From contig NC_087245.1 of assembly GCF_037042905.1 (NCBI RefSeq), positions 6,264,001 to 6,328,000 on the forward strand: 64,000 bases of DNA, written 5' to 3'. This DNA is from Lytechinus pictus (lineage: Eukaryota). Shown piece after piece: positions 40,037 to 52,260 of the stretch (position 1 is its first letter; every line of letters starts with the position of its first letter). Under the pieces are notes generated by a model, which was given only the letters and a program-made list of their open reading frames with translations, was not told where the DNA came from and did no database searches. The translations under genes were made by a program, and so were the position numbers.

Positions 40037-40744
40037 TAAGGCTTGTTTTCACTAGCCTAAAGATGATTTCTACATGTAAATGCTTATTCTAGTACAGCTA
40101 TTTTTTAATATTAAGCACTACAGTTTATAAACCAAAACACCTACAGTATTGGCCACTTCGCCATTGTAATTCACCCAAGCAACAATCATCCTTTGATATG
40201 AAATATATATTTGTTATCACACATGATAATTGGCAGAAGACTGCATGTACATGTACACTTTATCCTTTTATACTGGAAATTCCTGTGACATACCAAATGA
40301 CAACACAGAAATTCAACTCATGTACATGTATTTTAAAAACAGTCGAGCTTGCTTCAAGGAGTTTAATGGTAATACAGCTCATCATGAGATCTCATTGTTC
40401 ATCAAGGCTTATACCCTGTTTATGCTTTCCGTTAAGTTTTCCTACTTGAATAGGCCTTTAAGAGTTCAGGAACCTCAAGTTATGCCTTTTAAAATACACT
40501 GTTCGGCAGATTTTGAGGGAACTTTTGAATGACTCAACAGATGGTTTTATGATTATGGTAGCTTTGGCCATACATACTTGTAGGCCTACATGTGCATGTA
40601 CAAATGTAATTTTTTTGGGGTGAAATCTTGAAAGCCAATCGAACTATTCCACCTACCATTCCAATAATGGCAGTAGAATCCCACATTAGTCCCCATGGCT
40701 TACAAAGTAAACAGAACTATACAGTTCAATCTGACTGATCATTA

Positions 40745-41600
40745 GGCGGTGCTGCACCATCCCGAGTTTGCTTAATCTCGAGATTTTAGCCCGATCAGCC
40801 CTCTTCGCGATTAATCTCGAGATTCAAGAAACCCCGTCTGCACCATCCCACGAAGAGCGATTCCTGCTCAAGCGAGGCAACAAGCCCGATATTACGAGCA
40901 TGCGCACTTTCGGATCTTGGAGTTTCAACGGCCCGCGCTCTTGAATAACTTCCCGCGATATGCAAGCAATGTACTCCTTTCACTAGCACTTTCGCCGAAT
41001 TCAACCGGTGTTATGCAACAATCCTCTCAGCTCAGCGAGTGAAGAAGTGATGTATTCTTCGTTAAATATGATGGCGGAGTAGGAGGCAACGACAGAGAGA
41101 GAGAGGGGGAGAGAAGGAGGAAAGAAATGCTATTTGCTCACATTTTTCGAAGGAATAAGACAACACTGCTGTCAGTGTTGTTATTGAATATGACCATCGT
41201 CGATGAGCGCCTCCCCCTCCCCCCCTACGGTCTGGTCTCTCCCAAAATCCATTCACTGGTGGGACACCATCGTTGCTTATGAACGCTATTCGCATGTATA
41301 AAGTTGACTTTCGCACGTGTTTATGTTTTGACCAAGGCGGAAGTGGAACGCGAATTGCATTATGGACTGACGTCATGAATAAATTACCCCGAGTCCAATC
41401 TCGAGTGCGTCTGCACCGACGAATTAGCGGGATAATTCGTAAAATAGCGCGCTATTTTGCAAATAAACCCGAGTTGACTTGGGATTGCAATCTCGAGATT
41501 AATCCTACGAACTAGCGCGATAATTGCGTCTGCACCGCCAACTATCTCGAGATTTTTCAGATCGGGATAATTTGAAAACTCGGGATGGTGCAGACGGCCC
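40745..41600. mobile_element. Harbinger-like MITE
   Basis: TIR ...CTGCACCATCCCGAGTTT / AAACTCGGGATGGTGCAG...; subterminal ATCTCGAGAT and CGTCTGCACC repeats. Confidence 0.8.
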
Positions 41601-41980
41601 TATTGGAAGTAGCCTAATCCTAAATCAAAATAACAGTCACAAACAATGGTCTCTGTGGGATGGTTCTTGATTCTAGAGGCTAATGAAGTAAACACAAAAT
41701 GAACTAGAAAGATTCACCAGAAAGACAGCCTTGTTAACACAAATATATGCAAACTTATGTGTATTGTCTATAATTAACAGAATATGAATAATAAGATGTA
41801 GAACAAGACAAATTTGCCCTCTAACACTTAGTAACAGCCTTGTTTTATATGATACATGCACATTACTGTACGGACTTTCTTATTTAATTATGTGACTTTG
41901 ATGAAATTTGTGTATGTTGTACATGTACATGTACAAATAATAACAATAAGTTTTTTGTTTCATGTTTGTTCTCACTTCTG

Positions 41981-44396
41981 CATGGGTGTAGATCCCGGGG
42001 GATGGGGGGTATATACCCCCCAATAATTTAAGGTCGAACATCATATTTTGATACCATGAATCATATGACAAGTATTTAATCATAATACTATAAATATTTA
42101 CACTATTATTAGTAGTATTATTAGTATCGTTATCAGTATCATCATCATCATGTTGATTTGATCATTGTGATGGTGGCGATTCCCATATTAAGGGACTCAT
42201 TCATCACTACATTCATGGGTATCGATCACGGGGTGGGGAAGATATCTCCACATTTCAGGTGGGGGAATGGCGTGTTTTATCAATGATGGTAACATTGATT
42301 GTTGTATAGTATACGCATGATGACCAATTTTTTATTCTCTCTTGAATTTACTTTTGCATATTGTTATTGAATGAAACCATTCCTTTCAGATATCATTAGA
42401 AGCAGAGAGAGAGATTTTTTAAAAATCCAGGATGAAACAGAGTAACATGTTAATGTCTTTTAATATACATGTACATGATAATTTTTTTAATTTACCCCTC
42501 CCCACAACCAAGTGCTTGGGGTGTACGTGCCCCGTCTATTTAACCACCCTCTTGAAATGTCACTTCATTTTTTGTCAGTAATCTTTATCCCGATTTATGA
42601 TATAAGTTAATGGAGAACATAAAAGAATGAGAATTAAGATTTTAAAGAGTGTACAAAGGAGTAATAATCCTGAAAACCGACAAAAAAAATTCCTCAAAAT
42701 GGCTCATTTTCAGGTCAATTAAAAAAAAACAGCTTGTGCTTCGCGCTCGCATTGATCACGTACATGTACGTAGTACTTAGTCTCGTTGTAGAAATAAAGC
42801 TAACTTGTACACTGCAGTCTTTAGGACTACCCCGCTGGCGAGCAGATATGGGGCATAAGGACCTTGGAAGAAAAAAGGTGAATTTGATAGGGGAGAGTGG
42901 GGTAAATAAGGCCACCTTTTTCACAATTCCATTCATGTCTTTTTAATGCATACCTGCAGAGACGTGATTAGATAATATAAGGTCTTCAGTAGACCTACAT
43001 TATACAATAGAAATATAAGAACTAATCAATCTCATTTGCATATTAATGAGCATTAAACATAGTTGTCAGATGGCCTTATTTGCCCTATCAATGGGGGAAA
43101 TGAGGCCCCTTGATTAAAAACTATTTTGTGTTGCTATATGCAAAGTAAAAATAGTTCAGTTGGTTTGATACAATCACTGAACATTTTCTGGTAACAATCG
43201 CAGGATTAAATTTTAAGTATTTCCCTAAAGGCCCCCATTTAAGACTTATTTATTAATCTTATACAATATACTGAAAAAATGATTGTCGGATTGTGTTTTC
43301 AACTGTCAAAGTTATATTATCATATTCCTACGTGTTTATTGGAAATGAACCCTTTTGGTGTACATGTATATTAAAGCAAGTGTGGAGATGTCTTCACTGC
43401 ATTTTACCATTTTATCAGATGTAACCATACAGTATTAATTATGGTTTAATCCAAGGGGGGGGGGGCCTCATTTACCCCATCAGGCATGTTAAGTTCATAA
43501 ACTTCCAGTCAGAAAAAGGAGGGAAAGTGGTGAATATTACAACAGTACTGTAGTCTGGTACGTACAATAATGCCTTACAAAAGTATAACACATTATTGGG
43601 TAGATACAGTACCGTACTTGCCTCTCTAAAGTGGCGATGTTACTTTCAAAATTTTGATTTTGACGTGATGCTAGGTTTGTGCTCCTCCTGGCCATGTGCA
43701 TTGGGGAATGAGACATTAATTATACTAAAGATATGTGCTTAGAAACTGTCTCAAATAATTCCTTTGACACTGGTAAACTTAAGCAGTGAGCTAAAAACTA
43801 ACTGGGGGCCTTATTTAGGCCTACCCTGTGGCTTTAATAGTTACCCCACTCTCCCCAATATGTATATACATGTATTTTTATTAAAAACATATGTCAAAAT
43901 CTGTTACAAACTTAGATTTTTGCATTCAAAGGTCAAAGTTGTGCTCACTCGCTTGCAGTTTTTTTTAAATTATAGTTAGTTGGTCTATTACTTCATGTCT
44001 GGCCCTCAAAAAAATTTAGACTCATTACACAATTGCCCCTCTCAAACAATAGAACAAAAAAAAATCCCTCACAGAGAACAAAAGTTGGATCACTCATCCT
44101 GTGGCCATATGTAGCGGGGGGGGGGGCAGGCAGAGGGGCAGTTGAAGCAGTTCCCCTTAAAAAAATTAATAACATTTTTTACTGAAAATATTTACAAAAT
44201 TAACCATTTAAGTGTGTATGGAATCCTTCAATTTCACTTTAGAAAATGTATGCACAAGTGCCCCAATGGCAAGCTCGGTCACGACCTCGCTTTCGAGTTT
44301 TATTGAAAATGTTTTCACACCCCCCCCCCAGAAAAAATTCTGCTCACAACCAGTCATACCCCCCCCCCCCACCATGAACACAAATCAACACCCATG
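41981..44396. mobile_element. hAT-like composite element
   Basis: TIR CATGGGTGT(A/T)GAT; imperfect 8-bp TSD CACTTCTG/CACTTATT; same left end recurs at ~42214 and 63032. Confidence 0.6.
42890..43856. mobile_element. Nested TIR element
   Basis: GGGGAGAGTGGGGTAA / TTACCCCACTCTCCCC perfect 16-bp TIR. Confidence 0.75.
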
Positions 44397-44807
44397 CACT
44401 TATTCAAATCATAGACTTGTCAAGTTTTTTTCATCATTATCATTATTAGGTAATGAATCATGAAACATACTGTATTACTGCGTGTAAATGTAGCAGACAA
44501 TTCTTATTATATGATAGTTGAAACATGCCTTTTACTTTGTTTTTTGCAAGAAATCATTCAACTGAAAATTGCTGACACCACCCTACTGAATAAATACTTG
44601 GCTACAAGTACAATGTATGTACACACAGTGTAGATATTTTCCAGGATTATCCGAGTGACATGAGGGCAGCTTTAATAGGAAAGGAAAAATGAGCTCGAAT
44701 AATTTGTTAAACAGAGGTCCAACCAAAGATTCTAAATTAAAAACAAACAGCTACGTAGTGATAGTAAACATAGATCTGTAGACATAAAACATCTTTGAAA
44801 GTCTTTA

Positions 44808-45197
44808 AGGTAAAAGAAAGTAATTGCAGCAAACAAATATTTCATGAGAAAGCTTTTAAAATCAAGGTTAATTACCACTATATTATCAAAGATCTAGATC
44901 TGGTATTTAAAACAACTCATCTTTGTGAAATCATGAAATCTTAGCTGAAAACCGATAATTCTGATGAAAACTACATGTAACTCACAAAGGCATACAATGT
45001 GTGATAGTGTATTAATTTTGCTTGAAAAAATACCCGACATTCTGTGCTTATTTTGCTAATTTCTCAGCAATTACTCATTTTTTCCAGAACCAATTGGCAC
45101 GTATTTCTTTATTTATACGTACAAACACTTGGGTGGTCATTTGATTGGATTCTGTTCGAACTAATTTTGAGACCGTTACCAGAACTGGGATTTATCT
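44808..45197 (+). mobile_element. Kolobok-like MITE, same family as 6597-7006
   Basis: TTAA at both ends; AGGTAAA / TTTATCT termini. Confidence 0.75.
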
Positions 45198-45577
45198 TTA
45201 ACACGCTATATTTTATAATGAAATGCATAAAACTTGATAACTACTGTATTCAGTATTAAAAATCACTTGACTTTACCCTCAAATGAAGCAGAAAACAAGA
45301 AACAAGTAAACCTGCAATACATTTTACAAATTCTCACTTCGCTGTAATGTACGGTATATATACAGTTAGACATCTACTGACAGACACAATAAAAGCAATA
45401 TTGCTTTTTGTGATCACCCCATATTTATTTGCACCAGGTCATAAAGTCCCAACACGTTCTTGAGTGGGTGGACAAACACCCAAATAATTAAAGTTCTATC
45501 ACAAGGGCTACTTCCTATAATTACACTCTTTATTCATTCAAAGGTGTGCAGAATAAGTTTGGGTGTTCTATGCTTAA

Positions 45578-46171
45578 AGGTCAAGTCCATCCCAGAAAAA
45601 AATTTATTCGAATAAATAGAGAAAAATCAAACAAGCACAACATTGAAAATTTCATCAAAATCAGGTGTAAAATAAGAAAGTTATGACATTTTAAAGTTTT
45701 GCTTATTTTTCACAAATTTATACACACAACTTTAGTGATATGCAAATGAGAGAGTCGATGATGCCCCCCCCCTCACTATTTATTTTGTTATTTATTGTTT
45801 TGAATTATACAATATTTCATACAGATTTGGCAATAATGACCAACTTGACTGAACCAAAAACATGTTAAGACAATGGTAATCCACATGTTCAGAGAGGAAT
45901 AAGTCTTTCTTTAAAGTATTTCATATAATGAAATACAAAAGAAATACTAGTAGTACTTTATTAAAAAGTGGGTGACATCATCAGTCCCCTCATTTGCATA
46001 CTGACCAGCATGTGCATATTCCTGCTTTGTGAAATTTTCCCGCTTTGCGAATTTTTATAATATAATAACTTTCTCATTTTATATCTGATTTTGATGAAAT
46101 TTTTAGTGTTATGCTTGTTGGATTTTTTTCCTTTTATTCAAGCCAACTTCTCGTTGGGGTGGACTTGTCCT
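45578..46171. mobile_element. Kolobok-like MITE family A
   Basis: TTAA TSD and matching TIRs. Confidence 0.9.
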
Positions 46172-48144
46172 TTAAAGATAACCAGGATGCATTTTCTTTT
46201 TCAGAAAAATACCTCGTGCTCTTATACTGTAGGAGCAAATCAATAGAAGCAAAAAGAAAAAAAAAATGATTCATATTCATACAATCACTCGTAAGCTTCA
46301 TGGACCTTACAAAAGAAGAGTGAAGGTATGTAAAATGTTAGATGAACTACAGTATAAATACAAATAAAATTTCAATTGTAATTGAAGTTTTGAAAGGGAA
46401 ATTAATTGTAATTGTAATTGAAAAAATGTAATTGATTTCAATTATTGTCAATTACTTTTAATTACATTCAATTACTTTACAATAAACTTAATTTATGATT
46501 TAATTTCATGACCATTTTCATGTCAACTGCTCCAGCATCAAATAGAGTATCAGGCAAAATCTGTGTTCTTTCAACTACTCTGTAACTTAGAATTATGTTG
46601 AAATAGGTGGTACTATGTACAGAATAAAAATTGTTATAATTTATGACTTTTCTAGAAAGTAATTGAAATTGTAATGTACCAGAAGAAAGATACATGGATA
46701 TACCATTGTTAAATTAAGTGATTTCTGAAACAGAAAAGCCATGGTATAAAGAAGAACATCTCAACAAATATCAAAATTAACATTTACTGCTATTTGGCTG
46801 GATACTTTTTAACAGAGACAAATTGAACAGAACTGGACTTTGAGAGGGTGTGGGTCTTTTTTTGCACAGTAACAAAAAGAATACCTGTACTTTATCTGCT
46901 GGCTCTTTGTATCTTCTTTAAAAAAAATCTTTATTGCCTTTTGGTGTCAAATATTATGCTTGACTTGTCAGGTGATCACCTACAATGTAATCGTGTATTT
47001 ACAGGTCACAATAGTAATAGACAGAAGTCATCATGCTATATTTCTAACAAAACAACAACTCTAAAATGAAATAATGAATCATAGCATTAAGGTACACGCA
47101 GCCCTGAAGTCTTCATCCATTCCATTCACATGAATACATATGTTAATGCTATGAAGATTTTAAAAACTGTTCATGTCCACAGGTTTTCTAATCTACAGTA
47201 TAAACATTGTTTTTTTCTTGTTTGTTTTCTTACATGTAAATCACTTATCTTTTTCTATTCATTAATTCATCCTAAACTCTATTCATTTTGTGTACATTAG
47301 GTTTTTGTAATTCATTCATTCTCTCTTTTCTTTATTTTATCCCAATTATCATATTACTCAAAGTTATTAATTCAAAATATTGTTCATTTATTCAGCAATA
47401 TTTAATATTTTTTGCCCTTCTCAATTAATAAATTTCCACAAATCAAAGGTACATGTAGTCTCCATAGTCTACAAAGTACCGGTAGACTAAAGGGGTCTAT
47501 CACCTTTGAAGAGACCTGTTTTTTTGTTGTTGTCATTCTGAACATGTTGGATCATATTGGACTATGTATGAGGCATATTTGAAATCCTCATCGGTAATCA
47601 CAAGGGTTGGGCTCAATTACGTAATAAATTGCATTTTTTTAGTATTGCAAGTTTAATTGCAAGTTTTAAAGGGAAAGCAAAATGTAAAAATTTTGAGGGA
47701 AAAAAAATGACTTCAAATACAGTAGGCCTACTGGTATTTGTATTTTATATTCAATTACTTTGCAATAAACTACCGGTATCTAGTTTACTCTGGTTTGCAT
47801 ATTGCCTAAATTCATAATTTTGAGAAAAAAAAGAAAATCTACATGAATAAACATTACACTACTGTATGCTGTTTATATAAAAATCTCAGGCCCATACCTT
47901 GAAAATCTTTATTGTTAAACATGAATATCTAAACTTGGCTCTAGCCTCTAATGCAGCCCTTGATTGATATACTGTATCCTACATGTAGTTTAATACTGAA
48001 GCTAGCTCTGCTTTGTGAATATATATAAATGTGCATTTTTCAATTTTCAGGGAGATGATATTTATATTAGCATGAAGGCATTTGCAGATCCGGTATGTGG
48101 GGGCCAAAGCGCCACCCCCCCCCCCCCCATTGTGGCAACAACAA

Positions 48145-49292
48145 ACTAGCACATCAATGATGTGGAGCTCATCCGGCATCTCGCAACGAAATTTAACACA
48201 ATTTTAATTTCAGCCCAGTTGACACTGTAGGTAATGATATTGGTGACATAAATTGAGGATATAATCAATTGAATTTGATGAAGAAATGACATGGAAGCAT
48301 TTTTGTGATCTATGAATAAATTTCATATAAATTAGCATAAATAATTTTCTGGTCAAAAATTTTAAACTCTTGTGTAGAACCTAAGTGATGAACCTCATGT
48401 AGCTCTCAGATGGAACAAAAATAATCAAAATCAATCAACAAATGAATAAGTATTTTTTGTGAGATTTGAAAATATATGAATAAATTAGCATATTAATGAG
48501 TTTCAAAATTCTGTGTTGAAATTTTGTATCACCACCTAGAGCTATCATATAAAGCAAACAAAATTGAAACTGATCAACAAATGAAGGAGAAAAATACTTT
48601 TTTTGTGATTTATGAATAAATTTTGCATAAATTAGCATAAATAATTTTCTAGACAAAATTTCAAAGTTTTGTGAACAAGTTTGGTGTTCCCCATGCAGCT
48701 CTACCAGATGGAAGAAAAAAAATCAAAATTGGTCAACGAATAAAGAGGAAGAGGCATTTTCTGTGATTTATGAATAAATTTCGCATAAATTAGCATAAAT
48801 AAATTTCTACTGAAAATTTCAAAATTCTGTCTAGAAGTTTGGTGAACCTCATGAAGTTCTACCAGATGGAAGAAAAAAAATCAAAATCGGTCCACAATTT
48901 AAAGAAGAAGCATTTTATGTGAATTTTTAAATAATACGCATAAATTAGCATAAAAAAATTTCTAGTCAAAAGTTAAAAATTCTGTGTAGAAGTTTGGTGA
49001 ACCTCATGAAGTGCTACCCGAAGGAAGCCAAAAGATCAAAATTGGTCAACAAATAAAGAAGGAGAAGCATTTTTTGTGAATTTTGAAAAATGCACATAAA
49101 TTAGCATATTTAATGATTTTCAGAATTCTGTGTAGAAATTTTGAATCCCCCATCTAATGCTATCATAGAAAGCAAAAAGAATTGAAATCAGACTTGAAAT
49201 GGCGAAGAAGAAGCATTTTGAAATTGTGGACGGACGACAGACGACGGACACCACGGCATAAGCTCATCTTGCCCTTCGGGCCAGATGAGCTA
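48145..49292 (-). mobile_element. Helentron/HINE-like element with ~156-bp tandem repeats
   Basis: Minus strand: TTTTTAGCTCATCTGGCCCGAAGGGCAAGATGAGCT hairpin, CGTC microsatellite, ~6 repeats, subTIR GATGAGCT, stem-loop CACATCATTGATGTG, then CTAG-TTT. Confidence 0.85.
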
Positions 49293-49841
49293 AAAAGAGA
49301 AAGAAGAAAGGGAAGGACATTAGAAAAAGAAAAGAAAATGTAGTACTTAAAAGGCTTCACATTCATATTAACTGTTTATTAGATTACTCAGCATGTTCTT
49401 TATTTTTAAAAAGTTTAAAATGTCAATTTTCTGATTGTATTCAATATCAAAAACTTTTGCATCATCTATTTACATGTAGGAAGATACTCATCCTTTTGAT
49501 TCTTACAAACTGCTCATACAGACATGTCTCATTTTGGGGTCTAGCTAGATCTAAAAAAAAATAGCTCACACTCAGACAAATCAGAGCTTGGATGTCCAGT
49601 TTTCAAGTAAGTGAAAAACTTAATAGTCAGATAGCCATCCTATTTCATACATGTACATGTATGTAGTTACAAAAAGTGTTCAGAATGACTAGTTTTTAAG
49701 AAGGGAAAAATATATAGTTACATGTATTGTGCTAAGTATTTTAAAAGATCATAACTTTATATCAGATCTTGTTCAAACTACAGTGCTGTTTCACCAATCT
49801 GATTATAGATTTTTTTTCTTTTATTTTACCATACAACTTTG

Positions 49842-50151
49842 ATAATAATAACAGTTGGCTTTTATATGGTGCTTTATCAATCAATGACTACTCAAAGTGC
49901 CTCACATTTATTATTACCTGGTCACTGGATTCATAGCTTTTCAAGCAGCCTGTTAGGCGCACACTTGCTAAACCAACCACAATGATGGTTGTTTCCTACC
50001 GGTACCCAATTAGCACCTGGGTGAGATTGGCAAAGTGTGGATTAATGCCTTGCCAGAGGACGCTAGGCCATGGTGGGATTCAAACACATGACCCTCTGAT
50101 TACAAGGCGAGAGTCAGAACCGCTACAGCTACATGTACATCACAGTGCTTC
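49842..50151 (-). mobile_element. Diverged tRNA-derived SINE
   Basis: CCTACCGGTACCCAATTAGCACCTGGGT core, B-box remnant, (ATT)n tail. Confidence 0.7.
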
Positions 50152-50390
50152 AACTTGGCTTCCCCTTGCATGGCAGTCCAATAGGAATTCAGCCTGCAAT
50201 TCAGTCTCAATTAGCAATCAACTACAATAATTCCCTCTGGGAGCTCACTTCATCAGTAGCTGTATGGCACCACGGGCCATGCATGTACTCACAATGAGGA
50301 CTTCATTTCAATGGTTTTTAGGAATGCAAATTTTCAGTCACAGTCCATTAATCTTACAAAGATAATGGCAATAGACTAATGTCCCTTACA

Positions 50391-50757
50391 GGCCGTTCAG
50401 ACTGGAAAGGGGAGAGAAATCTTATCTCTTTCCGACCGACCGTTCATACATGTACATACCCCGGTGTCCGGGAGATTGGCACCGGGGAATGAGTGGGCTA
50501 GGTCATACGCAGATGATACGCGGGAAATGCAATTATAGTCGATCATGATCGACCTGAGCGGAAGCAGTTCTCTTGACACCACATTTCACGCATGCGCACT
50601 TATGATTAAAACAGGTGCGCGATCTCGGGTTACGAGCCAAGGTCGCTCTTCCTTCGGAAAAACCCTGGGCATAGAACCGGGAGACGGGGGACAGTCCTCC
50701 AGACCGTCCAGACTGTCAATTTTCCGGGGGATGTCCCGGGTGACGGTCTGAACAGGG
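50391..50757. mobile_element. GC-rich Harbinger-like MITE
   Basis: GGCCGTTCAGACTG / CGGTCTGAACAGGG imperfect TIRs. Confidence 0.55.
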
Positions 50758-51402
50758 TGATAAAGTGACTTGCTGGTCTGGACTAGGCCCAGGCTAAGTC
50801 GCAAATTTGGAGTTTATGAACCAAAATAGCCCGGCCTGGCAAAATAGCCCACGCCAGGCCCGTGCTACTTTGGTGCTGCTTTTATCAGCACCAGACCAGC
50901 GCCAGGTCCTCAACATGCATCAACCAAAGAGTTTATGAAGGACAGCAGCACCAGGCCCCTGCCAAAATTCCTCGTACGGACAAAGGTAACAATCAATACA
51001 CATCACCTTGATTGATTTTGATTTGATTGCATTTGTTCTATTTACCACTAAAAAAACAGAACAAAACAAGTACAAAGTTAACATTTGTAATGCACAATGA
51101 TAAAATCTGAAAATCATTTGGTAAAAAAGAGTATATGATATGGTACTTAATTTATGAATGAATAAATGACGCAACTAGAAAGGCAAAGCCTTTAGTGCTC
51201 CTACTATTTTTGTGTGGGTCTCGTGCACACCAAAAATCATGAGTTACTGAAAGCGGTATAAGCTTGTCATCTTTCAACTGATGTTATTGGACCCATATCG
51301 AGTAGGTTCTTCTTATTCAAGCACTGATGTTGACTGAATATTTATGCTGTTTTTCAATCAATTAAGCATGATTGCTTTTGTTCTAATTGCTTTTTGTATT
51401 AA

Positions 51403-51727
51403 AGGTCAAGTCCACCAAAAAAATAAATAATGAATAGAGAAAAGTTCAGAAAGGAATCAAATCTTATTTCACATTATTTTATAACAAGGAAAAAGATCAA
51501 TCTAATATTTCATGAAATAAAATACAAAAGAAATAGTGAGTGGGTAAGATAATCAGTTTGCTCATTTGCATACTGACCAGGATGTAACTTTTTATTGTGA
51601 AATAAAGTGAAACTTTAAAGTTCCATTAACTTTCTTATTTTAGATCCAATTTTGATGAAAGTTTCAGCATTATATTGAGTTTAATATCCAAAATAACTTT
51701 TTGTGGTGACTTGGAGTTGACTTGACC
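51403..51727. mobile_element. Decayed, internally deleted family A MITE
   Basis: TTAA-AGGTCAAGTCCACC start and recognisable internal blocks. Confidence 0.7.
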
Positions 51728-52260
51728 GTTGATACAGGCTTTAACAAGCGAATGATAAATACTGTACATGAACCAACAAACTAGGAAGGAAGTCAGGAGC
51801 TAGGGATTGCATATTTTGTGCAAGAAATAAAAATACAAATGTAGCAACTTGATACCTCAACGTGCCATGAAGGATTTCCTATCCATCTCCAATACCAGTT
51901 CAGGATAAACTGCATCATTATCAAAATTAATATGATTTATCCAGGAACTTAAACATGTTTAATTATTAGCTGAACTTGAAATGCCCTGCTTCTGGAGACA
52001 TTTTCTAACACTTTACCCATAAAACCCATAAATTGGGGATGTTCGACAGGCGACAACCCGGGATGGCCCGGTCGAGATGACCATGCTAATCAATTCCTCA
52101 CCTAATTTCAAACCATGTCATGTCGTAAACTTATGATTTGTAAAAAGGTCCTACATGTATTCAGCCAAATAAACTCAAGCTGTGTGTGTAAGCCAAGGAT
52201 TAGGAAGATTCTCTTGAAAAGTGTACCATGCTGATGTTTTGTATTTACTTTTTGAATAAA

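Noticed and set aside
41062..41515. 104-aa and 80-aa ORFs inside the Harbinger-like MITE
   Set aside because: No recognisable DDE or Myb/SANT motifs; expected by chance in GC-richer sequence
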